Shown here in pieces: positions 49,673 to 62,118 of a DNA stretch of 62,249 nucleotides; position 1 is the first letter of the stretch; every line of letters begins with the position of its first letter. The stretch is from Acanthaster planci (Eukaryota). Position numbers and translations under genes: made by a program. The notes below the pieces were generated by a model. That model had not been told where the DNA came from. It saw only the letters and a program-made list of their open reading frames with translations, and did no database searches. The stretch lies in assembly GCF_001949145.1 (NCBI RefSeq), contig NW_019091359.1, positions 3,138,861 to 3,201,109 of the forward strand, read 5' to 3'.

Positions 49673-50830
49673 TATCTCAGCGATTGTTGAACCTGCAAGT
49701 GTTTATATAAAAGCTGCAGATTAACATAATTCCAATAGTTTGATGGAAATACTAGTTAATCTATAAACATGCACTATGTCGGCAGGTCAACTAGGAACCC
49801 TGTCAGGCTTCAATTTCTAATAAGAATTTAAATAAACCTCATCAACCCAAAAGAGTAATCGATTGTAGCCGTAGATTTGACTTGATACACGATAAAATAC
49901 TTTAACGCTTCAGGCCTACAATCGGGGATTGATTTGCGAGACAAAAGCACGAGACGGAGATGATGTCGTGTACTGGAAAACGGCCTCAGTATGGGCCTAC
50001 CCGGTACTGTCCGGCATGCAGAAAACGAGTTAAAACAGGCCTCGGATGGCGACATTTTATAAATTCGTTGCAGTTCGCTTCCCATACGGCATGCACCCTT
50101 TTTAAATTCTATGGTTCTCATTTTCGCCGACCCTATTTTTGGGTGCCGACCTCGAAAGAAAGCCTTTTTTCCTACCAACCCTGCTATAGCTAAGATACGA
50201 GAACCTTGTCTTAGGGTGTGATGACCAGTACAAAACTGCGTAAAAATGTGCGTATGCAATTCGCTTTAGCCCAAACATAACACAGCGACAGTTGAAATTC
50301 GCGGTAAGGCATCACAACCAGACGGAGCGGTACTTTATATCGTACACATAACATTAAAGGCCTTCGAGTTAGAAGAGTATTATGTATCATGGAGCGCCAC
50401 ATTATACGTATAGCCTGGAGGCCTACACTATAGGCCTACTAAGCTAGAAACAAAGACTCGTGATACTCAATATAAAAACAAGTGACTGGTATACATAAGC
50501 CCTACGTCACTTTGCCTGGTTTATTCAATCATCTGTATGGCAGAAACATGGAATTTCTTTAGGAATTTTTTTTCCGACCGACTGACCCTCCTTCAATCGA
50601 AAAAAAAAACATACATGACATGAGAATAATAGAATTTTAAAAGGATATACACACTATACATGTAGCGTGATACGAGTAGGCCTATTTCCGGTGCATGTAT
50701 ATACAAGGCTGACCTGTGGCGGTGAGATTTAGGACCTGCATTGCAAACAAACTTACCTCCTTGGATAAATCAAATTAGACCGGGTGCAAGATCCACGTCA
50801 ACAGCATTTGCACTATAACCTCTACAATTC

Positions 50831-50840
50831 ATCACATGAC
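50831..50840. promoter_or_regulatory. MiT/TFE-type E-box (GTCATGTGAT on the minus strand) in a candidate bidirectional promoter of ARSB-like A and B
   Basis: Lies between an outward-facing minus-strand donor (GGAG|GTAAGT, exon ends 50757) and a plus-strand donor (ATGG|GTAAGC, exon ends 51013). Confidence 0.3.
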
Positions 50841-52759
50841 GATTCTGTATTGTGTACACACAGTCATTGAGATGGTTCATTCGCAGTAAGTTAAACGGTA
50901 GGCATAGCTGGATACTATCGAGAAAAGACAGAGTAGTCTAAGCAGCAAGGAACAGTGAATTCTGAAAGAGCAAACACGACCTGCTTCAACGGCGGCAGAT
51001 GATCATCAAATGGGTAAGCTTTCTGCAATTCACCGCTGCACAAAGGACACGGTGTAAATGCAGACAAAATGGTGCCTCCATGCAATTGTGTTGTGATCAT
51101 TATACATGTACGTGTACGTTTTATGCACGTGGGTTATAGGTCACAAACAGCGAGCTGCAGAATGTGTACCAGCACGGTCGTTCCACTGAGTTTCTAAATA
51201 GAAGGCTTATTTCCTACTCACGATTGTTGTGAACAGAAAGTGTGGCAAGCATTGTACAAATGCAGTCTACATGTGGTTTTCAATCCTTTTTGCAGCTGTT
51301 GAAGCAAAAAAATGGGGAACTTGGGGAAGCTGTGTGAACATCATTAATTGTGTAAATATGGGAAACACAAACACGGTCGTTATAGTCCCAGATGAGTGTT
51401 TTTAGTTGCACGTGACTAACCTATACCGCCAGTGATGGCAAATTTTGGTGACATAATGTCAGGGCATAACTCAGAACAATGGAATAATAATTGTGAAAGA
51501 TATGTTGTGTCGCTAACATATTTATAAACGTCACAAAAGGTGAATATTTAGGATTACGTAACAAACCTCGTAACATTAGCATATCAAAGGTCTCAGGCCC
51601 TATGTCCCGTGTGATGGGAGTCAACGACTTTCAACTGCGTATTACTATTAGGGAGTTTGTTATGCTTACCAGGGATAGTGACGCTTTCAATGCATAAAAA
51701 TGGCAATAACTTGTTTGAATGTTACTTTGTAGCCTTTAGGATAAATGCACTGGATTTGGATTAAGAAGGATAAAATAAATCGAGTTGTATGACTCCACGT
51801 TTTATGAGGAAAGCATGATGGCAACATGTCTGGGACGGGTGGGGGATTGTCTCCAGCACCCCCCCCCCTTGGGCTCCTATTAAATGACAGCATTCGACAC
51901 TCAGTTTTTAATAAATATTTATTCGTCAGAAATATAGGTTTGACACGCTGAAAGGTTAACATAAATCAGGCTTGTATCTAACAGGTGAAAATGAAACCTC
52001 TGTCCGTTAAAAGACCATGCAACTGCCTTTCTGAATTCTGCTTGCTAATTCATTAGCCGTTAAAAGTCATTAAGACAAACCCGAGGATGCTTCTCAGGAA
52101 CGTTCTGGTTGGTTACATGGAAATACACTCAACGAAAACACGGCGGAAAACATGGCAAAGGAGTTGTACATCTTATATTATATTCGCAACCAGATTTTGT
52201 TTCCTCATCAAGATGGTGGGTCGATCGTTTACCGACAGGCCTTAACAATATGATGATTTAGTTTTGTTCATATCGATCAAAGATCACTTCTGAGTGCCAT
52301 AATATAACCGACTGATATTGTCATATCGGTGGGAATATGGTCTCATTATTTTGACCTCGAGAACACTCGACCTTTTCTATTTGATTGCAGTCAAGACTAA
52401 AGCTCCATCATAATATATACGTGTATCAGATGACAAGCCTGTCAATATGGCTGTATTTATAAGTTTGAAAGGTGGTGTGCTTGAATTTTATTTTATTTTA
52501 AAAAACGTGTATTGCACAAGCCTCCATTAAATTGTATGAAAATGTAGAGATCCTTTGATGAATACGTTATTCCTGAAATATGTTTTGTTTTCAGTCTTAA
52601 ACTGTTAAAGGTTGCAGCGTATATACATCGAGGAACTTGTGTTGTTTAATTTTACTTTTTCTCTTCACAAACTTTTTGTTATTTAAGCGTTTGAGCTGTG
52701 GTTCAAAGAAAATTGAATTTATTGTCATGAAACTTGTTTTGCTTTCATTTTCAGGTGAA

Positions 52760-52768
52760 TCACGTGAC
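52760..52768. promoter_or_regulatory. CLEAR-like element TCACGTGAC between the divergent sulfatase genes
   Basis: 9/10 match to the TFEB CLEAR consensus GTCACGTGAC, next to lysosomal-type hydrolase genes. Could be chance. Confidence 0.25.
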
Positions 52769-52917
52769 ACCTTTTCAATGAAAGTAGTGCAATGATTTCA
52801 GTGTTGATACACTGCTCACATTACAGTTTAGAGACACATATATTATCGCAACTTGGACAACGACGAGTTTGCTCAATCTTGTCTAGAATTTTTTTTTCTC
52901 ACACCCGTGCGGAAACC

Positions 52918-54439
52918 TACAGAAGCGTATATAAGGGCCACTTGCATTTTTTTTCCCGAGCTACTATCTCGCCGCGGCGAGCCTACTATCTCGCCGCGGC
53001 GAGTTAAATCGTTGAATGTGTATCTTGCCGTGGCGAGTTATACGATCTTGTCGCGGCGTGAAATTGAAATCCTGCCTCTCAAAGTACTTCAGTAGTTTCA
53101 CAAATCTTAATTTAGTGTGTCGTCGTACTCAGATGTATCAGGGTGTAATGCAATAAAATTGTATTTCAAATTGCTTTAAATAAAGTTGATTCAACCAAGC
53201 TTGATTTCGAACACAAAAGAAAACCAAAACAAATATCCCGTTCGGGGTATGAATTTCCATTTTCGGAAGTGGGGTAGACTACTCCCTGGTAGACTGCCTG
53301 TTGAAAAGATAACGATGCCTTTTCATTTGCGCTTATACAAATAGGCCTAATCCTATTTACATAAGCGCTGCGAGGGGGACCCTGAAAAGAACCCCCCCCC
53401 CCAAAAAAAAAGGAAAGAAAAGGAAAAAAGCCAAAGAAATTAAAATTAGAAATGAAATAGATAATAATTTAATTGACCCCCTTCCTGCAGTTAAATGTTA
53501 TTTTTTTTAACTAGACAGCCCCCCCCCGCCGCCGAAAACAATTCTGGCCACGCCCATGCATATTTTTAGCCAATGTGTGTTGCCACTTCGGACAAAACCT
53601 CGATGTTGATATCAGTTCAACATTAAAATTTGCTATGATTTAGGAGATTTTAACAGGCAAAAATAAAACTGAAGTGAAAGCGAAAGGGAAACTGACACAC
53701 ACTTTTTTCATCAACTGGATTGGAGTCCCCTGGCTCTTTGACTTCACGTCCATGCGTTCACTTGTCACAGACCAAGGCCTAGGGCAAATACAGAACATAA
53801 TTTTTGTCGAGCACTTATTGGATGGAGTTTATTTTAACATCTAAACACGGATTGACACTTCCGACCTGGTACACATGACATGTGTGCACTTATACTATAT
53901 TTGGAAATTATGGCATCAAGTAACCTAAAATGCTTTGAACATCTAAAGCTGTGAGGTATTTCATGCGTTGCGTTTGTAAAAGTACTGTTTTTGATCTCCA
54001 TTTTAAGTGCTATAAATTAATAAATTTCGACTGATGAAAGTTCAAATGTAACTTTCAAGTCTGCTTGCTTCTGTTTAGCACTTGGAAAACGTAGGAAGGA
54101 ATGAAAAACAGTTTGCCCCTCATCTGAATGTGGAAATTCACACCACAAAATAAGATTTCATTGTCTTTGTGTTGGAAAACAAGCTTTATTGAAATGTAAC
54201 TTTCATTTTTGTTTCAATTAATAATCTAGAACCAAATCGCAATGCATTTGAAAACGGCGCGCCGAATAGGACTCACGAAACTTTTGAAATATTCGCTGCG
54301 GCGGGATATCAATTTGACGCTAATGAAGCAAAATCTTACAACTTGCCGCGGCGAGAAACGTATTCAACTGTTTAACTCGGTGCGGCGAGATGATAGTTCC
54401 AAAAAATATTGTGGCAAGTGGCCCTTATACGCTTCCATA
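52918..54439. mobile_element. About 1.5-kb non-autonomous element bounded by long (about 160 bp) imperfect inverted repeats
   Basis: The left arm tacagaagcgtatataagggccacttgc..ctcgccgcggcgagttaaatcgttgaatg..aaattgaaatcc is the reverse complement of the right arm ggatatcaattt..cttgccgcggcgagaaacgtattcaactgtttaactcg..gcaagtggcccttatacgcttccata. No transposase ORF inside. Confidence 0.7.
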
Positions 54440-54925
54440 TAAACCTCATTGATGTTCGGTGTCTGTAAATAAAAACCCCGTCCCCTCGTTCTATTTTCCT
54501 CTGGCGTATGGAGCATAATTTGCAAGGTTTTTTTTCAGATTTTGTCAAAGTTGAGTCAACAAGGATATCAAATGCAGGCATTCTGTTGAGAGACAGATGA
54601 CAAACCCCTTTTTCATAGTTTTAGGCGTGCGCCTGTGCTCCTTATACGCAACGTAGCGTATTACATGTATGGATAAGCTTGAACCAATATATTTGTGATT
54701 ATCGGAACTTGTGCAAAAAGATTATATTCATTCCCGTTACTTCATGACCCTGCTCCCTAAAAGGATCCGAAAAAGTTCAAATGTCAGCAGGCCATGTACA
54801 CTATAGCTTTAACACGAAACGTACCCACTTTCCTCATTTAAATCGATGGTTCACTCCATCAGTCTAGCATTTCTTTTTTTCTAAATCCTAAATGACCGAT
54901 TTTTTGTGCGCCAAACTTTGCAGGT

Positions 54926-57900
54926 ATGTTTCCTATCAGACAACCTAAAGCTAAGCGTCCTTCCCTCATTTTCTGTTTGCTTGGACTTTTCCTTGTGATC
55001 ATCGTAAATCCTGTCAACGGAAAACCACCCAACATAATCTTCATCTTGGCTGACGATTACGGTTTCCATGACATTGGTTACCATGGTTCCGAGATCAAAA
55101 CGCCCAACCTGGACAGGTTGGCAGCTGAGGGTGTGAAACTAGAGAATTATTACGTTCAGCCCATCTGCACACCAACAAGAAGCCAGTTAATGAGTGGAAA
55201 ATACCAGGTAGGTTTAAACTTAAACTTAATAAATTAACACCTATCGAGGACTACTTCAACTGTTGACAGGGTTTGCGTCATTGTTTTCAAATTTAATTTA
55301 AAATGGTTTATTTATAAACTTTCAAAAGTTACATTACAAAAGTTTTTACATTTAAAGATAGATACAACCATTAAAACATTTTGTTAAAATTACAATAAAT
55401 ACGGAGTTGCATGTCTACATAAAAGTTATTAGTTCTTATACATTATATGAATTACAACAAACAAACAAAAACGAACAAAACCCTATCTCTGTATGTGGAA
55501 GTTTAAATTAATTAGTTTAAATTTAAATGGTTATCATACCAGGGAATAGTCCATTGAACCCTCCTTCCAACTTTTCGTTGTGAGAAAAATTAAAGCGGAT
55601 TTGAAAAAAAAATGGACTTCCAAACTGCACTCAAAAATGGAGAACAACTTTTAAAACCACATAACGCCGTTTTGATGTAAGGGTTCTGTACGAGTGTATA
55701 GTATACCCCTGTATGAGAGTATCATGAACATCGTCCCTCAGTGTCATGGTGTCGCTCCCCTACCCTTTTCAAATTTCTACCCCCCCCCCAGATTTCGGCA
55801 CAAATTTACGCCACTGGTTTGCGTCAAAATAATAAATTTAAATGTTTGGTTTGTTCTCTGATGTGCCCATTCGGCCTACTTCCTTTCTATTTCTGTTGAA
55901 CATGGATGCAAAAAGATGATGTACCTGTGACGGTAACTTAAGATGAACGAAACCAGTGTCAGAGCTTTGAAAGAGTGTATCGCCTTCAGAAATGTCCAGT
56001 TTTTGATCTTACGCTGACTCTTTGTCTTGCTTGCTGTTTTTTGTTTAATTGTTTTATTATTATTATTGTTATGATTTATTTCACTTTGCCTTTATCATAG
56101 CCCAAAGGATGAATTGCACAGGCATGACAAAGCAAGTAATACATAAACAACATTTAAAAATCATCAAAATGTGAAATCCCTAAAATATTCATAAATTGTG
56201 ATAGAAAAACTGTTTCGTTTAATTATAATTTAATTATCATTTTTTGTCTAATTATCCGCCTGTCTGTCTTGTTCCCTAGATCCACACCGGGCTACAACAT
56301 GGGATTATTGGGTACGCGCAACCCGACTGCTTACCCCTTAATGACGTCACTTTGGCCCAGAAACTGAAGGAGTTAGGATATGCCACCCATATTGTGGGCA
56401 AATGGCATCTTGGGATTTATAAGAGAGCTTGCTGGCCGACTCGTCGTGGATTTGATAGTTACTTTGGTAGGGCTCGGTTTGCATTTCAAAAGCTGTGACA
56501 AATTACCTTCTTTCCCAGTTATTGTGTTACAAGAAAATTCATGAAAAGCTGGCCGTGCTTATTATTGTACTTTATTTTGCGTTTGTTGATGTTCATAATA
56601 AGTCTACAGAAGTTACTGTGGTTGGAATTATTTTACATATACCCAGTAGTCTTTGTCATGTGACAGGTCAATTTTCAGAAGTATAAATGCAGCCTCGTGA
56701 CCCATTGTTAATAGCGACAAAAGTGCAAGAGTCTTTCGTATTTGCAGGTTTTCGAAGCGAAGAAACTTTAGCCACTTTCTGAAAATGTCTATCAACAGGA
56801 TAACCCATTCTCTATTGTTTCTTTTGGAATCAAACACTACATGTACATCCTGAAAGGCTACCTGCAGGGAAATGAAGACTACTATACCCACATTATAGAC
56901 CATGGATTTGACTTCAGAGAAAATGAAGATGTTGCGTGGAACTACACTGGTCACTACTCAACCATGCTGTTTACACAACGAGCGCAAGACATCATTCGAC
57001 AGCATAGTCAGACTCCAGACAAGGTACTGGGCGCGGAATAATAATAAGAAAAGGAGTGAATGGTTTGTTTTCCAATCCCTGATGAACTAAATACTCCAAA
57101 AATCATGGCAGACTACTTTTCCTTGTTTCAAGAGAGTTAGCACAAATGGTGCTATCAATATTTGGTTTGCTTAAAGAACTCAGCGCACACTATTGTGTCC
57201 AGTGTAAAATTGTCCTTTTTTTCCCTCCCTATGTAGCCATTATTTTTATATCTGCCGTTCCAAGCCGTGCACGAGCCCATGCAGGTACCAGAGCAGTACA
57301 TGGTTCCATATTCGCACATCCAAAACAAATATAGAAGGATTTATGCTGGGATGGTGGCGTGTATGGATGAAGGGATTGGTAACATCACCCAGACGATGGA
57401 CCAGCTGGGAATCTGGAAAGACACTGTGCTAATCTTCTCAACAGGTCCGTTAATTTCATATTCGTAGGGTTTGATTACGGCATTTAGATCGTTAGAGATT
57501 GAAAGATGTGTGTTCTGGAGAGAGTCTGAACTAGCTTTCCATTAAAATGCATGAAATCTTCAGTCCCTTGTCTTTGAGATGTTGAACAAAGCCTGGCAGT
57601 GGAGATCAACTGTCTGTGATATCTCTGTGTTACTACGGATGAGATGACCCTCAATGGCATCTATACATAGGGCCTACATTGCTTTCAGAAATTGGCGACA
57701 TATCCAGTGAAGTGTGAATAGGTTTGAAAGGTGCAGACTATTAATTGCTGTAAGTTAACAGTACCATTCCATGTTGCTTTGTTCTAAAAAACATCATCTG
57801 TATTGACACGTGTTTAATTACATAGGGTTTCTACACCAATGATCGCATTCGTTTATAAGTGATAACTTTATTTCTTTCTGGCTTCCCTTCCTTTGTTCCT

Positions 57901-58162
57901 CAAAAATAACAGATAATGGAGGACAAATTTATATGGGCGGCAACAATTGGCCCCTTCGTGGGTGGAAAGGAAGTTTGTGGGAAGGCGGTATGCACGGCGT
58001 AGGCTTTGTGCATAGTCCTCTCTTACCAACCAAAGTACAAGGTACCATCAACAAAGAACTCATACATGTCAGCGATTGGTTTCCTACACTCGTTGCGGGG
58101 CTTGCTGGAGGGAGTTTAAATGGTACCAAACTGGATGGGTTTGACGTGTGGAATACGATAAG
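54926..58162 (+). CDS. ARSB: Arylsulfatase B-like sulfatase, copy B (3' part lost in gap 58169-58829). Exons 54926-55207, 56280-56466, 56857-57023, 57237-57444, 57913-58162
   Basis: Signal peptide, [47 protein letters not shown] and [35 protein letters not shown] introns. Exon lengths 187/167/208 are identical to copy A. Confidence 0.9.
55279..55816. mobile_element. hAT-type insertion in intron 1 of ARSB-like B
   Basis: 8-bp TSD gtttgcgt (55271-55278 and 55817-55824). The right end cacaaatttacgccactg is identical to the right end of the 45233-45593 MITE; the left TIR is degraded. Paralogue C shows the empty site (gtttgagt, 61071-61078). Confidence 0.75.
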
Positions 58163-60228
58163 GTAAAANNNNNNNNNNNNNNNNNNNNNNNNNNNNNNNN
58201 NNNNNNNNNNNNNNNNNNNNNNNNNNNNNNNNNNNNNNNNNNNNNNNNNNNNNNNNNNNNNNNNNNNNNNNNNNNNNNNNNNNNNNNNNNNNNNNNNNNN
58301 NNNNNNNNNNNNNNNNNNNNNNNNNNNNNNNNNNNNNNNNNNNNNNNNNNNNNNNNNNNNNNNNNNNNNNNNNNNNNNNNNNNNNNNNNNNNNNNNNNNN
58401 NNNNNNNNNNNNNNNNNNNNNNNNNNNNNNNNNNNNNNNNNNNNNNNNNNNNNNNNNNNNNNNNNNNNNNNNNNNNNNNNNNNNNNNNNNNNNNNNNNNN
58501 NNNNNNNNNNNNNNNNNNNNNNNNNNNNNNNNNNNNNNNNNNNNNNNNNNNNNNNNNNNNNNNNNNNNNNNNNNNNNNNNNNNNNNNNNNNNNNNNNNNN
58601 NNNNNNNNNNNNNNNNNNNNNNNNNNNNNNNNNNNNNNNNNNNNNNNNNNNNNNNNNNNNNNNNNNNNNNNNNNNNNNNNNNNNNNNNNNNNNNNNNNNN
58701 NNNNNNNNNNNNNNNNNNNNNNNNNNNNNNNNNNNNNNNNNNNNNNNNNNNNNNNNNNNNNNNNNNNNNNNNNNNNNNNNNNNNNNNNNNNNNNNNNNNN
58801 NNNNNNNNNNNNNNNNNNNNNNNNNNNNNATGCGTGGAGATTTTAATATTTGTATCTTTTGTGTTTTTCTCAATTTATCATTGAAAATTATTTGGGCCGT
58901 ATAAGGCTCCAAATATATTGGTGACGTAACGATCAAAGATTGGAATTTGAATGTTATGAAAAATGTCTGTACACGCAGGCCCACACAAATATTACTTTTT
59001 GAGAGCTCATGAGTAGGCCTGTAAATAAATATGTTTATATATATGTAAATTTAGATTTGATATAATTTACCATTGGCAACAGATAAACATTTGGATTCTG
59101 AAAGAATGAATTATTTTCTTCTGATTTATTACGGAAAGTTCTTTGTAAGATGAACAGTTGTTATGGAATTGTTTGCATGCACCTCTAAATATCTAACGAA
59201 TATTTTCTAGTTTGTCCTAAACAGTTTAAGTTCAGGTGATTTTAGTTTCTCTTAATGCCATTACAGTAATTTTCTTGTTTGGTATGGTCAAACATTAACA
59301 ACGAATAATATGGAAGATTTTTAAAAATCTATACGTGGCTATTCACGTTTGTCTTTGCTAATGAATAAATTATCACGACAGCCAATTTTCACATAAGGAA
59401 AATTGTGGCAATAAATAAACATGAAACTATTATTCAATCAAAAACATGGCAAGTTTTTCTTTTTTTGTAAGTCGAGTTTCTGCCTGATGTGGACATCCTC
59501 CGATGAGTGAGAAAATATCCTCGCAACAATTTGCACTGACCTCATGCGTAGAAATATTAACATACTTCAAAATGCGCATGAACATCTGCAGAATATGCAA
59601 GGAAAGGAGGAAAATGGTCATATTAGTTTCAATGGAATGAAAACATACGGTGCATTGCAGAGGCCAAAATGAACGGAGACCGCGCAAATTAAACCCACGT
59701 GGTTAAATCAAATTTGACCTGTCCCCGCGGGTACCTTTTTCATCATATATTGTCTCAACGTAGATCATATAGTGTCCTTCCTTATTCGTGCGTAGAACAC
59801 AAACGAGTTTAAAAAAAGCTTTGCTCGATCAAAGAGATTTGGCAAGTCAATGCTACTTTAAATAGTCTGAAGATGAAGTGTGCATCAGCATCTGCTTTGC
59901 TGCATATTTAACAAAACGTGATAATTGCAAGTTTATTTTTAATTTTGTTAAGCCCAGTGTAGTCAACATTTGTATGAAGTTCCTATTCAGTACCTTGTTC
60001 ATGTGGTGCACCTTGCCAAATCTTCGTCCTACCATTTGTTCAACAAAATTATGATCACTTAACACGTCAAACATAAACTAGTCAGCTCAGTAAAAACATA
60101 CTGAATAGCTAAGTTACTCTCCTAATGTATATCCGTCAGTAAGAGGAAAATCAGAGTAATGGTCGAGGCAGCGAAGTCGTTAGGACACATAGTGGGACCA
60201 GCGGTGAATCAGATATGAGCACAATCAG

Positions 60229-60435
60229 AAAATAATCCAAATATCAGGTCGAAATTTGTCAAGTCGGTCCAAAATAATCCAAATATCAGGTCGAAATTTT
60301 CAAGTCGGTCCAAAATAATCCAAATATCAGGTCGAAATTTGTCAAGTCGGTCCAAAATAATCTAAATATCAGGTCGAAATTTGTCAAGTCGGTCCAAAAT
60401 AATCCAAATATCAGGTCGAAATTTTCAAGTCGGTC
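60229..60435. repeat. 41/42-bp minisatellite, about 5 copies
   Basis: Unit aaaataatccaaatatcaggtcgaaattt(g)tcaagtcggtcc starts at 60229, 60271, 60312, 60354 and 60396. Confidence 0.95.
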
Positions 60436-60698
60436 TGTAAGTAGTATGGGTGAGTTGATGGGGCCAGCGATGATAATACGCAGCGTGTAACAATGTATAT
60501 AGCGAAACAGTAAACCAATAATACCCTTAGCGACCGTCACAATTTGTGTAACATCTCTCAATTCGGAGAACCGAAGACCCCTCCTCAAAGGGGTCTCAAA
60601 ACCTTTATAGTCCAACTAGCTGCACTATGAGATTAATGACTAGCATTTCTGTCTATCCTAATCCAAATAATTGACTTTTGTGTATGCATTTTGCAGGT

Positions 60699-62118
60699 AT
60701 GTTTACCATCAGACAACCTAAAGCTAAGCTCCCTTTCTCCATTCTCTGTTTGCTTGGACTTTTCCTTGTGATCAATCCTATCAACTGCAAACCGCCCAAC
60801 ATCATTTTTATCTTGGCTGATGATTATGGTTTCCATGACATCGGTTACCATGGTTCCGAGATCAAAACGCCCAACCTGAACAAGTTGGCAGCTGAGGGTG
60901 TGAAACTAGAGAATTATTACGTTCAGCCCATCTGCACACCAACAAGAAGCCAGCTAATGAGTGGAAAATACCAGGTAGGTTTCAGACGGCAAAATAACAG
61001 AAGACAGAAACATAAACCCTTTTGTATTTGAAGGTGAACACCTATCATAGACCTCCTTATCTGTTACAAGGTTTGAGTCGAAAAGATATAAACTGAAAAG
61101 TTTGGTTTGCTCATCAATTAAGTAATTTTCATGGGGCTCAACATGCTAAGTAGCTTTTCGAAAACGTGTGTTTAATTATTAAATTGATTAGTTGGGATTA
61201 AAACCTCTCAACCTTTCTACTTCTAGTGGCGTTGACGTTGTGACTATTTTGGCTCACTGTCTTGATTTCTGACGAAAAAGAGTGCAAAGGGACGATTTAC
61301 CGGTTACGGTAACGTAGAGTGGACGAAACCATCAAAGCTTTTAAAGAGTAAAGTTCAAACACTTCCAGGTTTTGATCCAATGCCAGCTCGTTGTCTTGCT
61401 TGCTTTTTTCTTGTCTAATTGTTGCAGCCGGTATTCTTGTTTGATAGATCCACACCGGGTTACAACACGGGATTATTGGATTTGAACAACCCGACTGCTT
61501 ACCCCTTAATGACGTCACTTTGGCCCAGAAACTGAAGGAGTTAGGATATGCCACCCATATTGTGGGCAAATGGCATCTCGGGATTTATAAGAGAGCTTGC
61601 TGGCCGACTCGTCGCGGATTCGATAGTTACTTTGGTAAGGTCCACTTCTGATGAAAACGTACTAATTTACGCAGGTTCTCATTTGATTTTGTCAACTTAT
61701 GGAACTGCGTTTTGATACCGTTTACTTGATTTAGATGATAATACGAACTTCACTTTTTTTCAAACAATCGAATGTCACGTCTTTACTTCTTCAGGCTAGA
61801 GTGTGGCCTATATATAACTTTTAAATAGTGCGCCACTGTGAATTATTAAAGCGACGATCATGACACCGCAATTCCCCCTTAAATCAAATATACCCTATAA
61901 GATAAAACAAACTCAACTTCACCCCCTTTTGTATCTAACAACTCCATAAAGGCTACCTCCAAGGAAGTGAAGACTACTATACCCACAGTATAGACCATGG
62001 ATTTGACTTCAGAGAAAATGAAGATGTTGCGTGGAACTACACTGGTCACTACTCAACTATGCTGTTTACACAACGAGCGCAAGACATCATTCGACAGCAT
62101 AGTCAGACTCCAGACAAG
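60699..62118 (+). CDS. ARSB: Arylsulfatase B-like sulfatase, copy C (continues beyond the window). Exons 60699-60974, 61448-61634, 61952-62118
   Basis: [101 protein letters not shown]... Same exon lengths (187, 167) as copies A and B, with no lesions in the visible part. Confidence 0.9.

Larger units (their letters stand above)
3381..58829. other. Six assembly gaps: 3381-4158, 6114-6742, 25474-25744, 40053-40742, 46531-47099, 58169-58829
   Basis: Runs of N. The X-filled entries in the ORF track are artefacts of these gaps. Confidence 0.98.

Noticed and set aside
3093..58984. Long ORFs of 200-380 aa filled with X
   Set aside because: Artefacts of translating through N gaps.
60229..60435. CRISPR-like array
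   Set aside because: Head-to-tail tandem units with no spacers; an ordinary minisatellite.
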